A DNA stretch of 64,000 nt from an uncultured Chloroflexia bacterium (GCA_963813535.1 CAWEZH010000001.1:128001-192000), one strand, 5' to 3'. Shown: positions 10,296 through 20,295, counted from the first letter of the stretch. Notes: a model not told the origin generated them from the sequence alone. Translations and numbers: made by a program.

Positions 10296-11000
10296 ATGTC
10301 GATAGCCGACCGCGTCGTCCTCATCACCGGAGCCACCGGGGGGCTGGGCCGCGCCGCCGCACGGTCGTTCGGCGCGGACGGTGCACGGCTGGCCCTGGCC
10401 GGCACGGATGAGCCACGCCTGCGCGACATCGCCAGCGAGGCTGGCCTGAGCGAGGACGGCTGGACACCGCTCGTCGCCGACCTGAGCGATCGCGACGCGG
10501 CGCGTGCGGCCCTCGCGGCGGCCGAGACCCGGCTCGGCGGGTTCGACATCCTCCTGCACCTGGTCGGCGGCTTTGCCGGAGGCACGCCCATCGCTGACCT
10601 GGATCCGAACGAGATGGCCGGCATGCTCGACCAGCATCTCTGGACGACGTTCAACGTCACGCAGACGGTCGTCCCGGGCATGATCGAACGGGGCTGGGGG
10701 CGCGTCCTTGCCGTCTTGGCACCGGTGGCCGCGGAGCCGACCGCGAAGATGGCCTCCTACGCGGTGGGCAAGGCCGCCGAGGAGGCGCTCCTGCGAGCGC
10801 TGGCCCGCGAGACCGCGAATAGCGGCGTCACCGTCAACCTCGTCATCGTCAAAGCCATCGACCTCGAGGGCGTCCGCCTGACCGACCCGAAGAAGTCGTC
10901 GTGGACGACGCCCGACGAGATCATCGCGACGTTTCGTTTCCTGGCGTCCGACGACGCAGCGGCGATCACGGGGGCGCGGATCCCGCTGTACGGCCGCTAG
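10296..11000 (+). CDS. Short-chain dehydrogenase/reductase
   Basis: TGATGGLG and YAVGK (YxxxK). Confidence 0.9.
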   Translation: MSIADRVVLITGATGGLGRAAARSFGADGARLALAGTDEPRLRDIASEAGLSEDGWTPLVADLSDRDAARAALAAAETRLGGFDILLHLVGGFAGGTPIADLDPNEMAGMLDQHLWTTFNVTQTVVPGMIERGWGRVLAVLAPVAAEPTAKMASYAVGKAAEEALLRALARETANSGVTVNLVIVKAIDLEGVRLTDPKKSSWTTPDEIIATFRFLASDDAAAITGARIPLYGR

Positions 11001-11017
11001 TCTGGCGTGCGGGGGCG

Positions 11018-12676
11018 TCAGCCGCGCGAGGTCACCTCGGCGACGAGCGACTGCGCCTCGGCGAGCAGCCGATCGAGATGGCCGTCCCCCCGAAAGCTCT
11101 CGGCATAGACCTTGGCGACGTCCTCGGTCCCGGACGGGCGGGCGGCGAACCATCCCGCATCGGTGGTCACCTTGAGTCCGCCGATGGGTGCGCCGTTGCC
11201 GGGCGCCTCGGTGAGGATGGCGGTGATCGGGTCGCCCGCAAGGTCGGTGGCGACGATGTCGGATGCGGCCAGCCGCCCGAGCGCGGCCTTCTGCTCCGGG
11301 GTCGCGGGCGTATCGACCCGGCGATAGGCCGGGGCGCCGAACCGCTCGGTCAGCTCCGCGTAGGCCTCTCCCGGGTCCTTTCCGGAGCGAGCCGTCAGCT
11401 CGCACGCGAGGAGGTCGGCGATGATGCCGTCCTTGTCGGTCGTCCAGACCGTGCCGTCACGGCGCAGGAACGAGGCCCCGGCGCTCTCCTCGCCGCCGAA
11501 CCCGATCGAGCCGTCGACGAGCCCGTCCACGAACCACTTGAACCCGACCGGGACCTCGACCAGCCGGCGACCGAGGTCGGCCACGACTCGGTCGATCATC
11601 GATGACGACACCAGCGTCTTGCCGACGCCGACATCGCTCCCCCACCCGCGTCCACCGCCGAACAGGTAGGCGATGGCGACAGACAGGACATGATTCGGGT
11701 TCAGCAGTCCGCTTCCCGGCGTCACGACACCGTGCCGGTCGGCGTCGGCGTCGTTGCCGAGCGCGATGTCGAAGCGGTCGCGTACCTCGACCAATCGCGC
11801 CATCGCGTACGGCGACGAGGGATCCATCCGGATCTTGCCGTCCCAGTCGACGGTCATGAACCCGAACCGCGGATCGACGGTGTCATTGGTGATCGTGAGA
11901 TCGAGCCCATAGCGGTCACGGATCGCCGCCCAGTACGCGACCGACGCACCGCCCATCGGGTCGACCCCGATCCGGAGCCCCGACCCCCGGATCGCGTCCA
12001 TGTCGATGACCGAGGTCAGGTCGTCGACATATCTGCCCAGGAAGTCGTACCGCGCGACGCGCTCGTCGACCTCGAGGTCGGAGGCGCGCGGGATGCCGTC
12101 CACCCCATCGGATCCCGTCGCGGCCAGGATCCCGTTGGCCTCGTCCTGGATCCAGCGCGTGACGTCGGTGTCGGCCGGGCCGCCGTTCGGCGGGTTGTAT
12201 TTGAAGCCCCCGTCGTCGGGCGGGTTGTGCGACGGCGTCACAACGATCCCGTCGGCGAGATGACGCCAGCTGTCCTTCGGCCGGTTGGCGACGAGGATGG
12301 CGTGCGAAACGGCCGGCGTGGGCGTGAAGCCGTCGGCCCCGTCGACGCGGACGTCCACGCGACGAGCGACGAGAACGCTCAACGCAGTGCGGGTGGCTGG
12401 CTCGGACAGCGCGTGCGTGTCGCGACCGAGAAAGAGCGAGCCGCTGTAGCCGCGCTGCAGCCGATAGCGGTGGATCGCCTCGGTCGTCGCGATGATGTGA
12501 GCCTCGTTGAACGCATTGCGGAACGACGAGCCGCGGTGGCCGGACGTCCCGAATGCCACCCGCTGGGCGGGATCGGCCGGGTCTGGCCGACCATCGTGAT
12601 AGGCCGCGATCAACGCATCGACATCGACGAGGGTCTCCGGATCCGCGGGCGTACCCGCGCGTTCGCTCAGCACCAC
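11018..12676 (-). CDS. pgm: Phosphoglucomutase
   Basis: FGTSGHRG, TPSHNPP, DADADR, GEESAG, RPSGTE. Confidence 0.95.
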   Translation of the reverse strand: MVLSERAGTPADPETLVDVDALIAAYHDGRPDPADPAQRVAFGTSGHRGSSFRNAFNEAHIIATTEAIHRYRLQRGYSGSLFLGRDTHALSEPATRTALSVLVARRVDVRVDGADGFTPTPAVSHAILVANRPKDSWRHLADGIVVTPSHNPPDDGGFKYNPPNGGPADTDVTRWIQDEANGILAATGSDGVDGIPRASDLEVDERVARYDFLGRYVDDLTSVIDMDAIRGSGLRIGVDPMGGASVAYWAAIRDRYGLDLTITNDTVDPRFGFMTVDWDGKIRMDPSSPYAMARLVEVRDRFDIALGNDADADRHGVVTPGSGLLNPNHVLSVAIAYLFGGGRGWGSDVGVGKTLVSSSMIDRVVADLGRRLVEVPVGFKWFVDGLVDGSIGFGGEESAGASFLRRDGTVWTTDKDGIIADLLACELTARSGKDPGEAYAELTERFGAPAYRRVDTPATPEQKAALGRLAASDIVATDLAGDPITAILTEAPGNGAPIGGLKVTTDAGWFAARPSGTEDVAKVYAESFRGDGHLDRLLAEAQSLVAEVTSRG

Positions 12677-12758
12677 CCCGGCATGATGTCACGGCTCACG
12701 CTGCGGGCGGGTGGTTCCCATCCGCACCACCCCGCACGCCACCGGACCCCCCCGGGTG

Positions 12759-12787
12759 TTGCCAAAACCCGCATCGGCTAGTACGGT
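12759..12787 (+). promoter_or_regulatory. Putative sigma70-type promoter
   Basis: TTGCCA-N17-TACGGT. Confidence 0.55.
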
Positions 12788-12811
12788 CGGGGGCCCTACG
12801 GAGCAGGACGA

Positions 12812-13930
12812 ATGGACCGAAAAGACGATCGCACCTTCTCGGAAGCGGGTCACCTCAACGGCACGTCGATGATCGGGACGACCGATTCCACGGCTGCGGC
12901 CGACATCGATCCGCCTGCCGCCGAGCCCCCGACCGACGGCGCCGCAGTCGGTCTTCGACCGGGTTTCCTGGCAGAGCTGGCCGTCGCGATGCGGGCGACC
13001 GCAGAGAAGGAACGTGAGCGCATCTCGGCCCAGGTGTCCGAGGACGCATCGGGTCACATCGAGAAGGTCCGGGCACGGGCCGCCATCGAGACCGACGAGC
13101 TCAAGCGGCTGGCCGAGGAAGATGTCCAGCACATCGAGGAGTGGTCGGCGGCCGAGATGGAGCGCATCCGCGGGGAGGCGGACAAGAAGATCGAGGATCG
13201 GCGTGGCAGCCTCGGGGAGTACCTCAAGCAGCACGACTCGATCATCGACACCGAGATCGACGGCGTGAACGCCGCGGTCCGGGACTACGGCACCACGCTC
13301 GACCAGTTCTTCGCGGAGCTGTCGGAAGCAGACGACCCGGCGACCATCGTCCAGCGCGCCGAGGCCCTGCCGGCGGCGCCGGACCTCGACCAGGTCCGCG
13401 CCCAGGCCCGCGCTTCAGCCGTCGCGGTGTTCGCCGACCAGGAGGATGAGGCTGCGGCTAGCGAGGCCGCGTCCGAGCCGATCGCCGCCGACACGACCGA
13501 TGCAGCGGGCATCGCCGGGGGTGTCGCGACGACAGCTTCGGGCGAGACTGCTACGGCCGTGGCGGACCAGGCGGATGAGATCAGTAACGATGCCTCCGCC
13601 GAGGCTCGAGCCGAGACCACCGGCGACGCAGCGACCTCCGAAGCCCTGACCGCCGACCCCACGGCCGAGGCTCGAGCCGAGACCACCGGCGACGCAGCGA
13701 CCTCCGAAGCCCTGACCGCCGACGCCACGGCCGAGGCCACCGCGGTCCCGGTCATGGACCCCGACGCCACGGCGAACCCGAGCTGGCCATCGGCGCCGGA
13801 CGATGCCGAGCCAGTGGAAGTGGCGGCGAGCGCCGACCATACGAGCGCAGCGGTCCGACTGCTCCGGTCGGTCGCGCCGTGGACCGCTCCGACCCACGCC
13901 GGATCTGACGACCGCACCGACGCCCACTGA
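12812..13930 (+). CDS. Hypothetical acidic coiled-coil protein with low-complexity C-terminus
   Basis: RBS and promoter; E/R-rich helical segment; A/T/E-rich tail. Confidence 0.75.
   Translation: MDRKDDRTFSEAGHLNGTSMIGTTDSTAAADIDPPAAEPPTDGAAVGLRPGFLAELAVAMRATAEKERERISAQVSEDASGHIEKVRARAAIETDELKRLAEEDVQHIEEWSAAEMERIRGEADKKIEDRRGSLGEYLKQHDSIIDTEIDGVNAAVRDYGTTLDQFFAELSEADDPATIVQRAEALPAAPDLDQVRAQARASAVAVFADQEDEAAASEAASEPIAADTTDAAGIAGGVATTASGETATAVADQADEISNDASAEARAETTGDAATSEALTADPTAEARAETTGDAATSEALTADATAEATAVPVMDPDATANPSWPSAPDDAEPVEVAASADHTSAAVRLLRSVAPWTAPTHAGSDDRTDAH
13598..13737 (+). repeat. 66-bp in-frame tandem repeat (2 copies plus a partial)
   Basis: Units at 13598 and 13664 encode AEARAETTGDAATSEALTAD(P/A)T; one mismatch. 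Confidence 0.9.
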
Positions 13931-13968
13931 CCGAGGCGGCATTTGGCCGCCGACACCATCGACGCATC

Positions 13969-14000
13969 ACGGCCGTGCCCGACGGGCACGGCCGTTGTTT
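13969..14000 (+). terminator. Intrinsic terminator-like hairpin
   Basis: ACGGCCGTGCCC-gac-GGGCACGGCCGT followed by TGTTT. Confidence 0.7.
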
Positions 14001-14076
14001 AGGCCTGCCGAGACGCCGCGGGGCTACGCTCATCCGGCCGGGCGGCTGACCGTCACTCGTCCGCTGCACACCACAC

Positions 14077-15138
14077 ATGGATGCCATGTCGCGGTCGCGG
14101 AACGCTCGTCGCCTGCTCGTCGCCGGCTCCGTGCTGGCGCTGGCGGCACTCGCCGCCTACACCGTCTATGTCGGCGCGGTGGGCTCCGAGGAGTTCATCC
14201 ACCCATCCGACGGCTGGCATGAGTGCGACACGCCCGGTGTCCGATACGGCTGGGCGTACGAACCGATCAACTACGACGCGACCGATGACGCCGAGCTGTC
14301 GGCCGCCAGGGCGGCTGCCGGCGACCCGACGATGCTGCAATGCGGCCACGAGGTCCAGGGCGCTCCAGCCGGAGACGCCGTGGTCAGCCCGGACGGGGTC
14401 CGCCTCGACGGCTGGTACATCCCCGCGTCCGACGGCAGCGGACCGACCGGCCCGACCATCGTCGTGGTGCCCGGATACAAGTCGAACAAGAGCGAGATCC
14501 TCATCTACGCGCCAGCCTTCCACCGCGACTACAACCTCGTCGTGATGGACCTTCGCAACCAGGGACGGAGCAGCCCCGCCGAGGTGACGCTCGGCCTGCG
14601 GGAGCAACATGACGTCACCGCGATGGTCGACTGGCTCGAACGCGTGAAGCGTCCCGCCTGGATCGCGGGCATGGGCAACTCGATGGGTGCGGCGACGGTC
14701 CTCGCTGCGACACGGGCGGATCCGCGCATCCAGGCGCTCGTCCTCGACTCGATGCATGCGCGCATCGAGGTGTCGCTGGGCAACGTGCTCGAGACCGAAC
14801 GCGGCCTGCCCGAGGTCCCCGCCGCGTGGGCGATGATGACCGGCGTCTCGCTGCGCCTCGGCTCGGACGTGGAGGCGATCGACCCGGTCGGCACGATCAC
14901 CCGGATCGGGCATCGGCCGGTGCTGCTGCTCCACAGCACGACGGACAAGGTCGACCCGCCGGATGAATCCGCGGAGGTCAACGTCCGCGCCGCGGCCGCT
15001 GCCGGGGTTCCGATCGAGCTCCACTATTGCGAGGGTCTGACGACCGGCAACGGATCCCACGGACGGGTGATCACCCAGTGTCCGGACGACTGGACATCGT
15101 GGGCGAACGAGTTCCTGGCTGCCGCACACGGGACCTGA
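14077..15138 (+). CDS. Membrane-anchored alpha/beta hydrolase
   Basis: N-terminal TM; GNSMG nucleophile elbow, DKV Asp, SHG His. Confidence 0.85.
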   Translation: MDAMSRSRNARRLLVAGSVLALAALAAYTVYVGAVGSEEFIHPSDGWHECDTPGVRYGWAYEPINYDATDDAELSAARAAAGDPTMLQCGHEVQGAPAGDAVVSPDGVRLDGWYIPASDGSGPTGPTIVVVPGYKSNKSEILIYAPAFHRDYNLVVMDLRNQGRSSPAEVTLGLREQHDVTAMVDWLERVKRPAWIAGMGNSMGAATVLAATRADPRIQALVLDSMHARIEVSLGNVLETERGLPEVPAAWAMMTGVSLRLGSDVEAIDPVGTITRIGHRPVLLLHSTTDKVDPPDESAEVNVRAAAAAGVPIELHYCEGLTTGNGSHGRVITQCPDDWTSWANEFLAAAHGT

Positions 15139-15254
15139 ACGGATTCCGCTACACTCCGCTCAATTCGCCCGGCCGCGTTTGGCTCTCGCCCCCGCGGACG
15201 TCCATCGGACGGAACCATGCTCCGACTCGGAGCGCAGACGGCGCGAATGTCCGC

Positions 15255-15331
15255 GGTGGCCTTAGCTCAATCGGCAGAGCATCGGATTGTGGCTCCGAAG
15301 GTTATGGGTTCGAGCCCCATAGGCCACCCCA
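15255..15331 (+). tRNA. tRNA-His(GTG)
   Basis: GTGGCCT/AGGCCAC acceptor stem with G-1 and C73, TCGGA-TTGTGGC-TCCGA anticodon arm, GGTTCGA T-loop, encoded CCA. Confidence 0.97.
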
Positions 15332-15341
15332 CCACCGCCGG

Positions 15342-16343
15342 CTAGCGGCCGAGCTCCCAGGTCCATCCCTCGGGCTCCAGGCTGCCGTTGCCCCACATCC
15401 GGATGTCAAGACCGAGTCGTTCGATCGTGCGCTGGGCATCGTCGAGCGCCGCGCGCCGAAGGACCAGCAGCAGGCCTCCGTCGCGGCCGTCCTCGCGGAC
15501 GACGGCCCGTCGCACCGACTCCGCGGGCATCGGCACGTAGCCATCGAAACCGCGGGCCTTGTACGTATCGAGGAGCAGCATCCAGCGCCGGCCGTCCTGG
15601 CCGCGCCACAACGCGCCAACACCGGTGAAGTGCCCGACTCCCCAGTGTTCCCTCGGGATCGCCTCCTCGGGGTGCGGGCCAGCCAGCGCCGCAGGAGCGA
15701 AGGCGTCGCTCGTCGAGTCCAGCAGCTGGTCGACTTCTAGGTTGGTGATCGGATGCACGCCCCACGACCCGGTGTTCGCCTCGATGGCGTCGAGCAGCGC
15801 GGCAAAGCGCTCCGGTGTGAAGGCCACGGCTCGGTCTCGTCGACGGCTGGGGACGGGGAGCGTGACCAGGTGGCCACCCGAGCCCTCGGCGATGGCCCGG
15901 GCGGTGCCGGTGGGGCTCGTGCCGGTGACGGCGTCATCGTTCGACGAGCGGAGCGGCCAGCCGTACCACGTCCGCGGGAAGCGCCGAATGGCGTCCGCAT
16001 CGTCCAAGCCGAGCGCCTCGACTTGCTCGCGCGTCGCTCGGACATCCCCGAGCTCGGTCTCCTCGATCACCGTGCCCGCCAGGTGGGCGAGGTAGTCCTC
16101 GCGGGTGGTGTCGACGCCGTCCGACTCCGTGAAACCCAGTGGCGCGAGCAGGTATCGAGGGGCGTAGGCGCCACAGGTCGCCGGCCGCTGATCGTCGAGC
16201 CGGTCGAACAGATCGGCTATGGCGGACCATCCCTCGACGAACGTCGGGTCGGAGCCCGGGAAGATCGTCTCGATGACCCGACGCGCAGGTTCGCCGCCGG
16301 GCAGGGCTCGGCGACGGTCGGCGAAGGGCGGCGCTACAGACAT
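15342..16343 (-). CDS. Papain/phytochelatin-synthase-like cysteine enzyme (possibly DUF6885-like)
   Basis: DQRPATCG, GHF and LLLDTY give a putative Q/C-H-D set; overlaps the GS-like gene by 10 nt. Confidence 0.6.
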   Translation of the reverse strand: MSVAPPFADRRRALPGGEPARRVIETIFPGSDPTFVEGWSAIADLFDRLDDQRPATCGAYAPRYLLAPLGFTESDGVDTTREDYLAHLAGTVIEETELGDVRATREQVEALGLDDADAIRRFPRTWYGWPLRSSNDDAVTGTSPTGTARAIAEGSGGHLVTLPVPSRRRDRAVAFTPERFAALLDAIEANTGSWGVHPITNLEVDQLLDSTSDAFAPAALAGPHPEEAIPREHWGVGHFTGVGALWRGQDGRRWMLLLDTYKARGFDGYVPMPAESVRRAVVREDGRDGGLLLVLRRAALDDAQRTIERLGLDIRMWGNGSLEPEGWTWELGR

Positions 16344-17743
16344 CCGAAGTACGTCCGCCGTTCCCAGTCGGACACCTCGATCGCCACGGGCGACAGACCC
16401 GATCGCTCGAGGTATGTCGTCCACTCGAACCGCTTCACCTCGAGATAGTGCTGGGCGATGACCGGACCCACCGCGTCGCGCAGCACGTCGTCGGCGTCCA
16501 GGGCGTCGAGTGCGGCGGCCAGATCGCTCGGCAGCCTCGAGAACCCGCCCGCGGCGGCGTCCGCATCGGATAGGTGGCCGACATCGACACGTGCTTCGGG
16601 CGGGACGGGGAGCTGCCGCTCGACGCCGTCGGCGATCGACGCCAGCAGCCCGGCCAGATGCAGGTACGGGTTCATGCCCGCATCGCCGCCGCGGATCTCG
16701 AGGTGGCGACCGGTACCCCGCCCGGGCACGCGGATCAGTGTGGCGCGATTGCCCATCGCCCACGAGACATGGGCGGGCGCCCACGAGCCGGGAAGGAGCC
16801 GCTTGTACGAGTTCGGCGTGGGCGACCCGAGGGCGGATTGCCCGGGTGCATGGGCAAGGAGCCCGGCGATGAGCGGCTCTGCCGAGTCGGCGACGCGCCC
16901 GGGATCGGAGGGGTCGGCCACCAGGTCGACCGCCGGGTCGTCGGCCCGGGTGAGCCCAAGGTGCACGTGCAGGCCGTTGCCCGGCAGTTCGGCATACGGC
17001 TTGGGCATGAATGACGCCGTCACACCGGCTTCGCGGGCGACGGCGCGGATCAGCTGGCGTGCGAGCAGGAAGTGGTCCGCGGCGACCAGCGGTTCTGTGG
17101 GCAGGAGGCTGACCTCGAACTGGCCGGGGCCGTACTCCTTGGCAAACTGGTGGACCGCCACGTCGGCGGCGTCGAGGTCGCTGAGGACGCGCTCGGCAAG
17201 CGGCCATCGGGCATCGAGCTCGTCGACTGTGAACATGCGACTCGCGTCCTGGAGAACGCCGGCCGGATCGGTCCCGGCGACGAGGACGAACTCGGCCTCG
17301 AATGCGGCACGGACGGCAACGCCGAGGCCACCCAGACGCTCGACCTGACTCGCCAGGGCGGCCCGCGGATCACCACCCCACGGCGCCCCGGTGTCATCGC
17401 TGAGGTGGGCGAACGCCTGCGCCACGCCCGGGCGGTGTGGCACGGCGATGATGGTCCCGGGGTCCGGTATCGCCCGGAAATCGCCCGAGTCCGCCCCGAA
17501 GATCGGATGCGGCACCTGCTCGTCGGTGATCGCCAGGTCCCAGTTCGCCATCGCGAACGTGACGCCCTCAGCGGCGACCTCCTCGAACCGAGTTCGTGGG
17601 ACGGCCTTCGCACGCCCGAGCCCGGCGTAGTCGTGGTAGACGACCCACAACGCGTCGGCGCCGAGTTCCGTCAGCCGGGCGAGCGTGGACGCGGCATCAC
17701 GCTGCGGGTCGATCGAATGCATGAACCCCGTTGCCGTCTGCAT
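16334..17743 (-). CDS. Glutamine synthetase-family gamma-glutamyl ligase (PuuA/GlnA-like)
   Basis: FEAEF, EYGPGQFE, FMPKP, GNGLHVH, SYKRL, GNR, LEIR, NPYL. Confidence 0.9.
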   Translation of the reverse strand: MQTATGFMHSIDPQRDAASTLARLTELGADALWVVYHDYAGLGRAKAVPRTRFEEVAAEGVTFAMANWDLAITDEQVPHPIFGADSGDFRAIPDPGTIIAVPHRPGVAQAFAHLSDDTGAPWGGDPRAALASQVERLGGLGVAVRAAFEAEFVLVAGTDPAGVLQDASRMFTVDELDARWPLAERVLSDLDAADVAVHQFAKEYGPGQFEVSLLPTEPLVAADHFLLARQLIRAVAREAGVTASFMPKPYAELPGNGLHVHLGLTRADDPAVDLVADPSDPGRVADSAEPLIAGLLAHAPGQSALGSPTPNSYKRLLPGSWAPAHVSWAMGNRATLIRVPGRGTGRHLEIRGGDAGMNPYLHLAGLLASIADGVERQLPVPPEARVDVGHLSDADAAAGGFSRLPSDLAAALDALDADDVLRDAVGPVIAQHYLEVKRFEWTTYLERSGLSPVAIEVSDWERRTYFGCL

Positions 17744-17809
17744 TTCGTGGCGGCATAGTAGCGGGCGCTCGGATGGGGGGACGGAAGGGGGTTGGGAGAG
17801 GAGGACTCA

Positions 17810-19276
17810 GTGGCGTCCACCACAGGTGAAGGCGGCCTCGAACGCAACGCGATCGGGCTGACCGAGGTCCTATTCCAGTCGATCACCCACATGGCGCCGG
17901 CGGTCGCCACCGCCCTGTCGATCGGCGCGGCAACGTCGTTCGCCGGCGGCATCACGCCGCTGGCGGTGGTGCTCGCGCTGGTGGCCGCCTTGTTCACGGC
18001 GTTCTCGATGGGCGAGCTCGCTCGCCATCTGCCGTCGGCCGGAGGGATGTACACGTACATTGCGCGCGGCCTCGGCTCGTTCGCCGGGTGGCTCATGGCA
18101 TGGGCCTTCCTGCTCGCCGAACCCATCGTGCCCGCGGCCCTGTACGCATCGTTCGGGCTGTTCGGTGCCGCGTTCATCACGACCCTGACGGGATACAGCA
18201 ACGACCTGCTGTGGCTGCCGCTGGCCGTCCTGTGCGGACTCGTCGTCTGGTTCCTGGTCTATCGCGGGATCTCGATCTCGACGCGGGTCGGCGTCGCGCT
18301 CGGCTTGATCGAGATCGGCATCTTCCTGCTCGTGTCCGTCCTGCTGGTCATCAATGCAGGCTCGCGCAACACGCTCTCCGTCTTCGTCCCCGGCGAGGCG
18401 GGGCTCCTACCGGCATTGCAGGGCATGGTCTTCTGCCTGCTCGCCTTCGTCGGCTTCGAGGCGGCCGCTCCGCTCGCCGAGGAGACGCGAGATCCGAAAC
18501 GGACGATCCGCCAGGCGGTGATCTGGTCGGCGATCCTGATCGGCCTGTTCTACGTGTTCTGCTACTACGCCGCGACGGTCTTCTTTGGGCCGGCCGAGAT
18601 GTCCGGCTTCCTGACCTTCAACGACGGTGACCCATGGGGCGGCATGGCCGAGCAGGTCCTGCCCGGCATCGGGTCACTGCTGGTGACCTTCGCCATCCTC
18701 AACAGCTCGCTGGCCAACGCCAACGCCGGCGCCAACGCCTCGACCCGCGCGATCTTCTCGTTGGGCCGTAGCCGGATCCTGCCCGAGGCGTTCGCCAAGG
18801 TCCATCCGACGTATCGCACGCCCGTCAACGCGGTCCATTTCCAGGGCATCTTTGCGATCGTGCTCGCGGTCGCTCTCGGGCTCCTGTTCGCCGGGACCGA
18901 TTTCGGCGGCCCGCTGACGACCTACATCTTCATCGGCTACGCGCTCGGACTGCTCTTCGCCGGCATGTACATCGCAGTGAACATCGCGGCGATCGGCTAT
19001 TACCTCGGGGAGGGCCGTGCCGAGTTCAACGTCTTCAAGCACGTCGTGCTACCGATCATCGGGGTGATCCTGTTGATCCCGGCGTTCCTGGGCGTACTCG
19101 GTGGCCTGACGATCCCCATCCTCGATATCGAGCTGCCGCCGCTTGCGTCGCCGTTCAGCTTGGTCCCGCCACTCGTCGGGGTGTGGATGCTGGCCGGCAT
19201 CGTCTTGTACTTCGTGCTTCGGTCACGGAGTGCCGAGACGATCGATCGCGTCGGCGACGTGATGCAGGAGTCCTAG
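17810..19276 (+). CDS. APC family amino acid/amine permease
   Basis: PSAGGMYTY, AFVGFE, AEET motifs; about 12 TM; GAGGAG RBS. Confidence 0.9.
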   Translation: MASTTGEGGLERNAIGLTEVLFQSITHMAPAVATALSIGAATSFAGGITPLAVVLALVAALFTAFSMGELARHLPSAGGMYTYIARGLGSFAGWLMAWAFLLAEPIVPAALYASFGLFGAAFITTLTGYSNDLLWLPLAVLCGLVVWFLVYRGISISTRVGVALGLIEIGIFLLVSVLLVINAGSRNTLSVFVPGEAGLLPALQGMVFCLLAFVGFEAAAPLAEETRDPKRTIRQAVIWSAILIGLFYVFCYYAATVFFGPAEMSGFLTFNDGDPWGGMAEQVLPGIGSLLVTFAILNSSLANANAGANASTRAIFSLGRSRILPEAFAKVHPTYRTPVNAVHFQGIFAIVLAVALGLLFAGTDFGGPLTTYIFIGYALGLLFAGMYIAVNIAAIGYYLGEGRAEFNVFKHVVLPIIGVILLIPAFLGVLGGLTIPILDIELPPLASPFSLVPPLVGVWMLAGIVLYFVLRSRSAETIDRVGDVMQES

Positions 19277-19319
19277 CGCCCCACGTGACGGCGGCCACCC
19301 ATTCGGTGGCCGCCGCGCC

Positions 19320-20249
19320 CTATTCGAAGATCGCCAGCGGGCAATGGGCGGTGACGACCACGTTCGGCATGTCCACGATCTCGCTGATCCGCAGGTCGAT
19401 CGCGACGCTCGTCAACAGGTAGGCGTCGATGGCGGCGAGGCCGTGCTCACGGCCGAGCCAGTCGATCATCCGGCGCACGGCGTCACGCGCCGCCTCGTTG
19501 AGGTCCGGGCCGACGCCGTCCGTCGCGTAGCGGCGCCCGACGGGCGTCGTGACATCCGGGGTGATGAACTCCGGGCCGCTGAGGTGTAGGTCCTTACGAA
19601 CGGTCAGGCGGACCATGGCACGCATCGGCGTCTCGATGGCCGTCCCGCACACCTCACCGTCGCCCTGCGCGGCGTGGCCGTCGCCCATCGACAGCCGGGC
19701 GCCCTCGTGGAAGACGGGCAGGAACAGCGTCGCACCGGCCGTGAGGTGGCGCGTATCCATGTTGCCGCCGTGGAGGTCGGGTGGGATGGTCGAGCGCGGT
19801 CCGGTCTCGGGGGCCACGCCGACCTCGCCACAGAACGGGACGATCGGCACGTGGACGCCGGGGAGGAACTCGGCGCGCTCGCCGGCGCGCGGGATCCTGG
19901 TGATGCGCAGGTACGGGTCGGCGAACTGGTCGGCAAGAAGACCGAAACCCGGGATGCTCGCCGTCCAGCCCCAGTCGGCTGGCTCGAACTCGAGCAGATC
20001 GATCTGGAGCGTGTCGCCGGGTTCGGCGCCGACGACCGCGATCGGGCCGTTGACCTGGTCGACCCGATCGAAGTCGAGTCGGCCGAGATCCTCGATCGTC
20101 GAGTCGGCCGTCAGCTGGCCACCGGATGCGTCGAGCAGGTCGAACTCGACGACGGCGCCACTGTCGACGGTCTCGATGGCCGGGATCGCCGGGTCCCAGG
20201 CGAGATGGAAACGGTCGCGGGAGATGTGGACCGCCGGGGTCGTGGCCAT
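19320..20249 (-). CDS. Acetamidase/formamidase family protein
   Basis: GPIAVVGAEPGD, HGGNMD, GDGHAAQGDGEVCGTAIE. Confidence 0.92.
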   Translation of the reverse strand: MATTPAVHISRDRFHLAWDPAIPAIETVDSGAVVEFDLLDASGGQLTADSTIEDLGRLDFDRVDQVNGPIAVVGAEPGDTLQIDLLEFEPADWGWTASIPGFGLLADQFADPYLRITRIPRAGERAEFLPGVHVPIVPFCGEVGVAPETGPRSTIPPDLHGGNMDTRHLTAGATLFLPVFHEGARLSMGDGHAAQGDGEVCGTAIETPMRAMVRLTVRKDLHLSGPEFITPDVTTPVGRRYATDGVGPDLNEAARDAVRRMIDWLGREHGLAAIDAYLLTSVAIDLRISEIVDMPNVVVTAHCPLAIFE

Positions 20250-20295
20250 GGGATCGTCCTCCTCGACCCGATCGTAGCGCGTCTCCGGGTGCTGC

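Noticed and set aside
19291-19313. GCGGCCACC/GGTGGCCGC hairpin
   Set aside because: Ordinary putative terminator hairpin between convergent genes.
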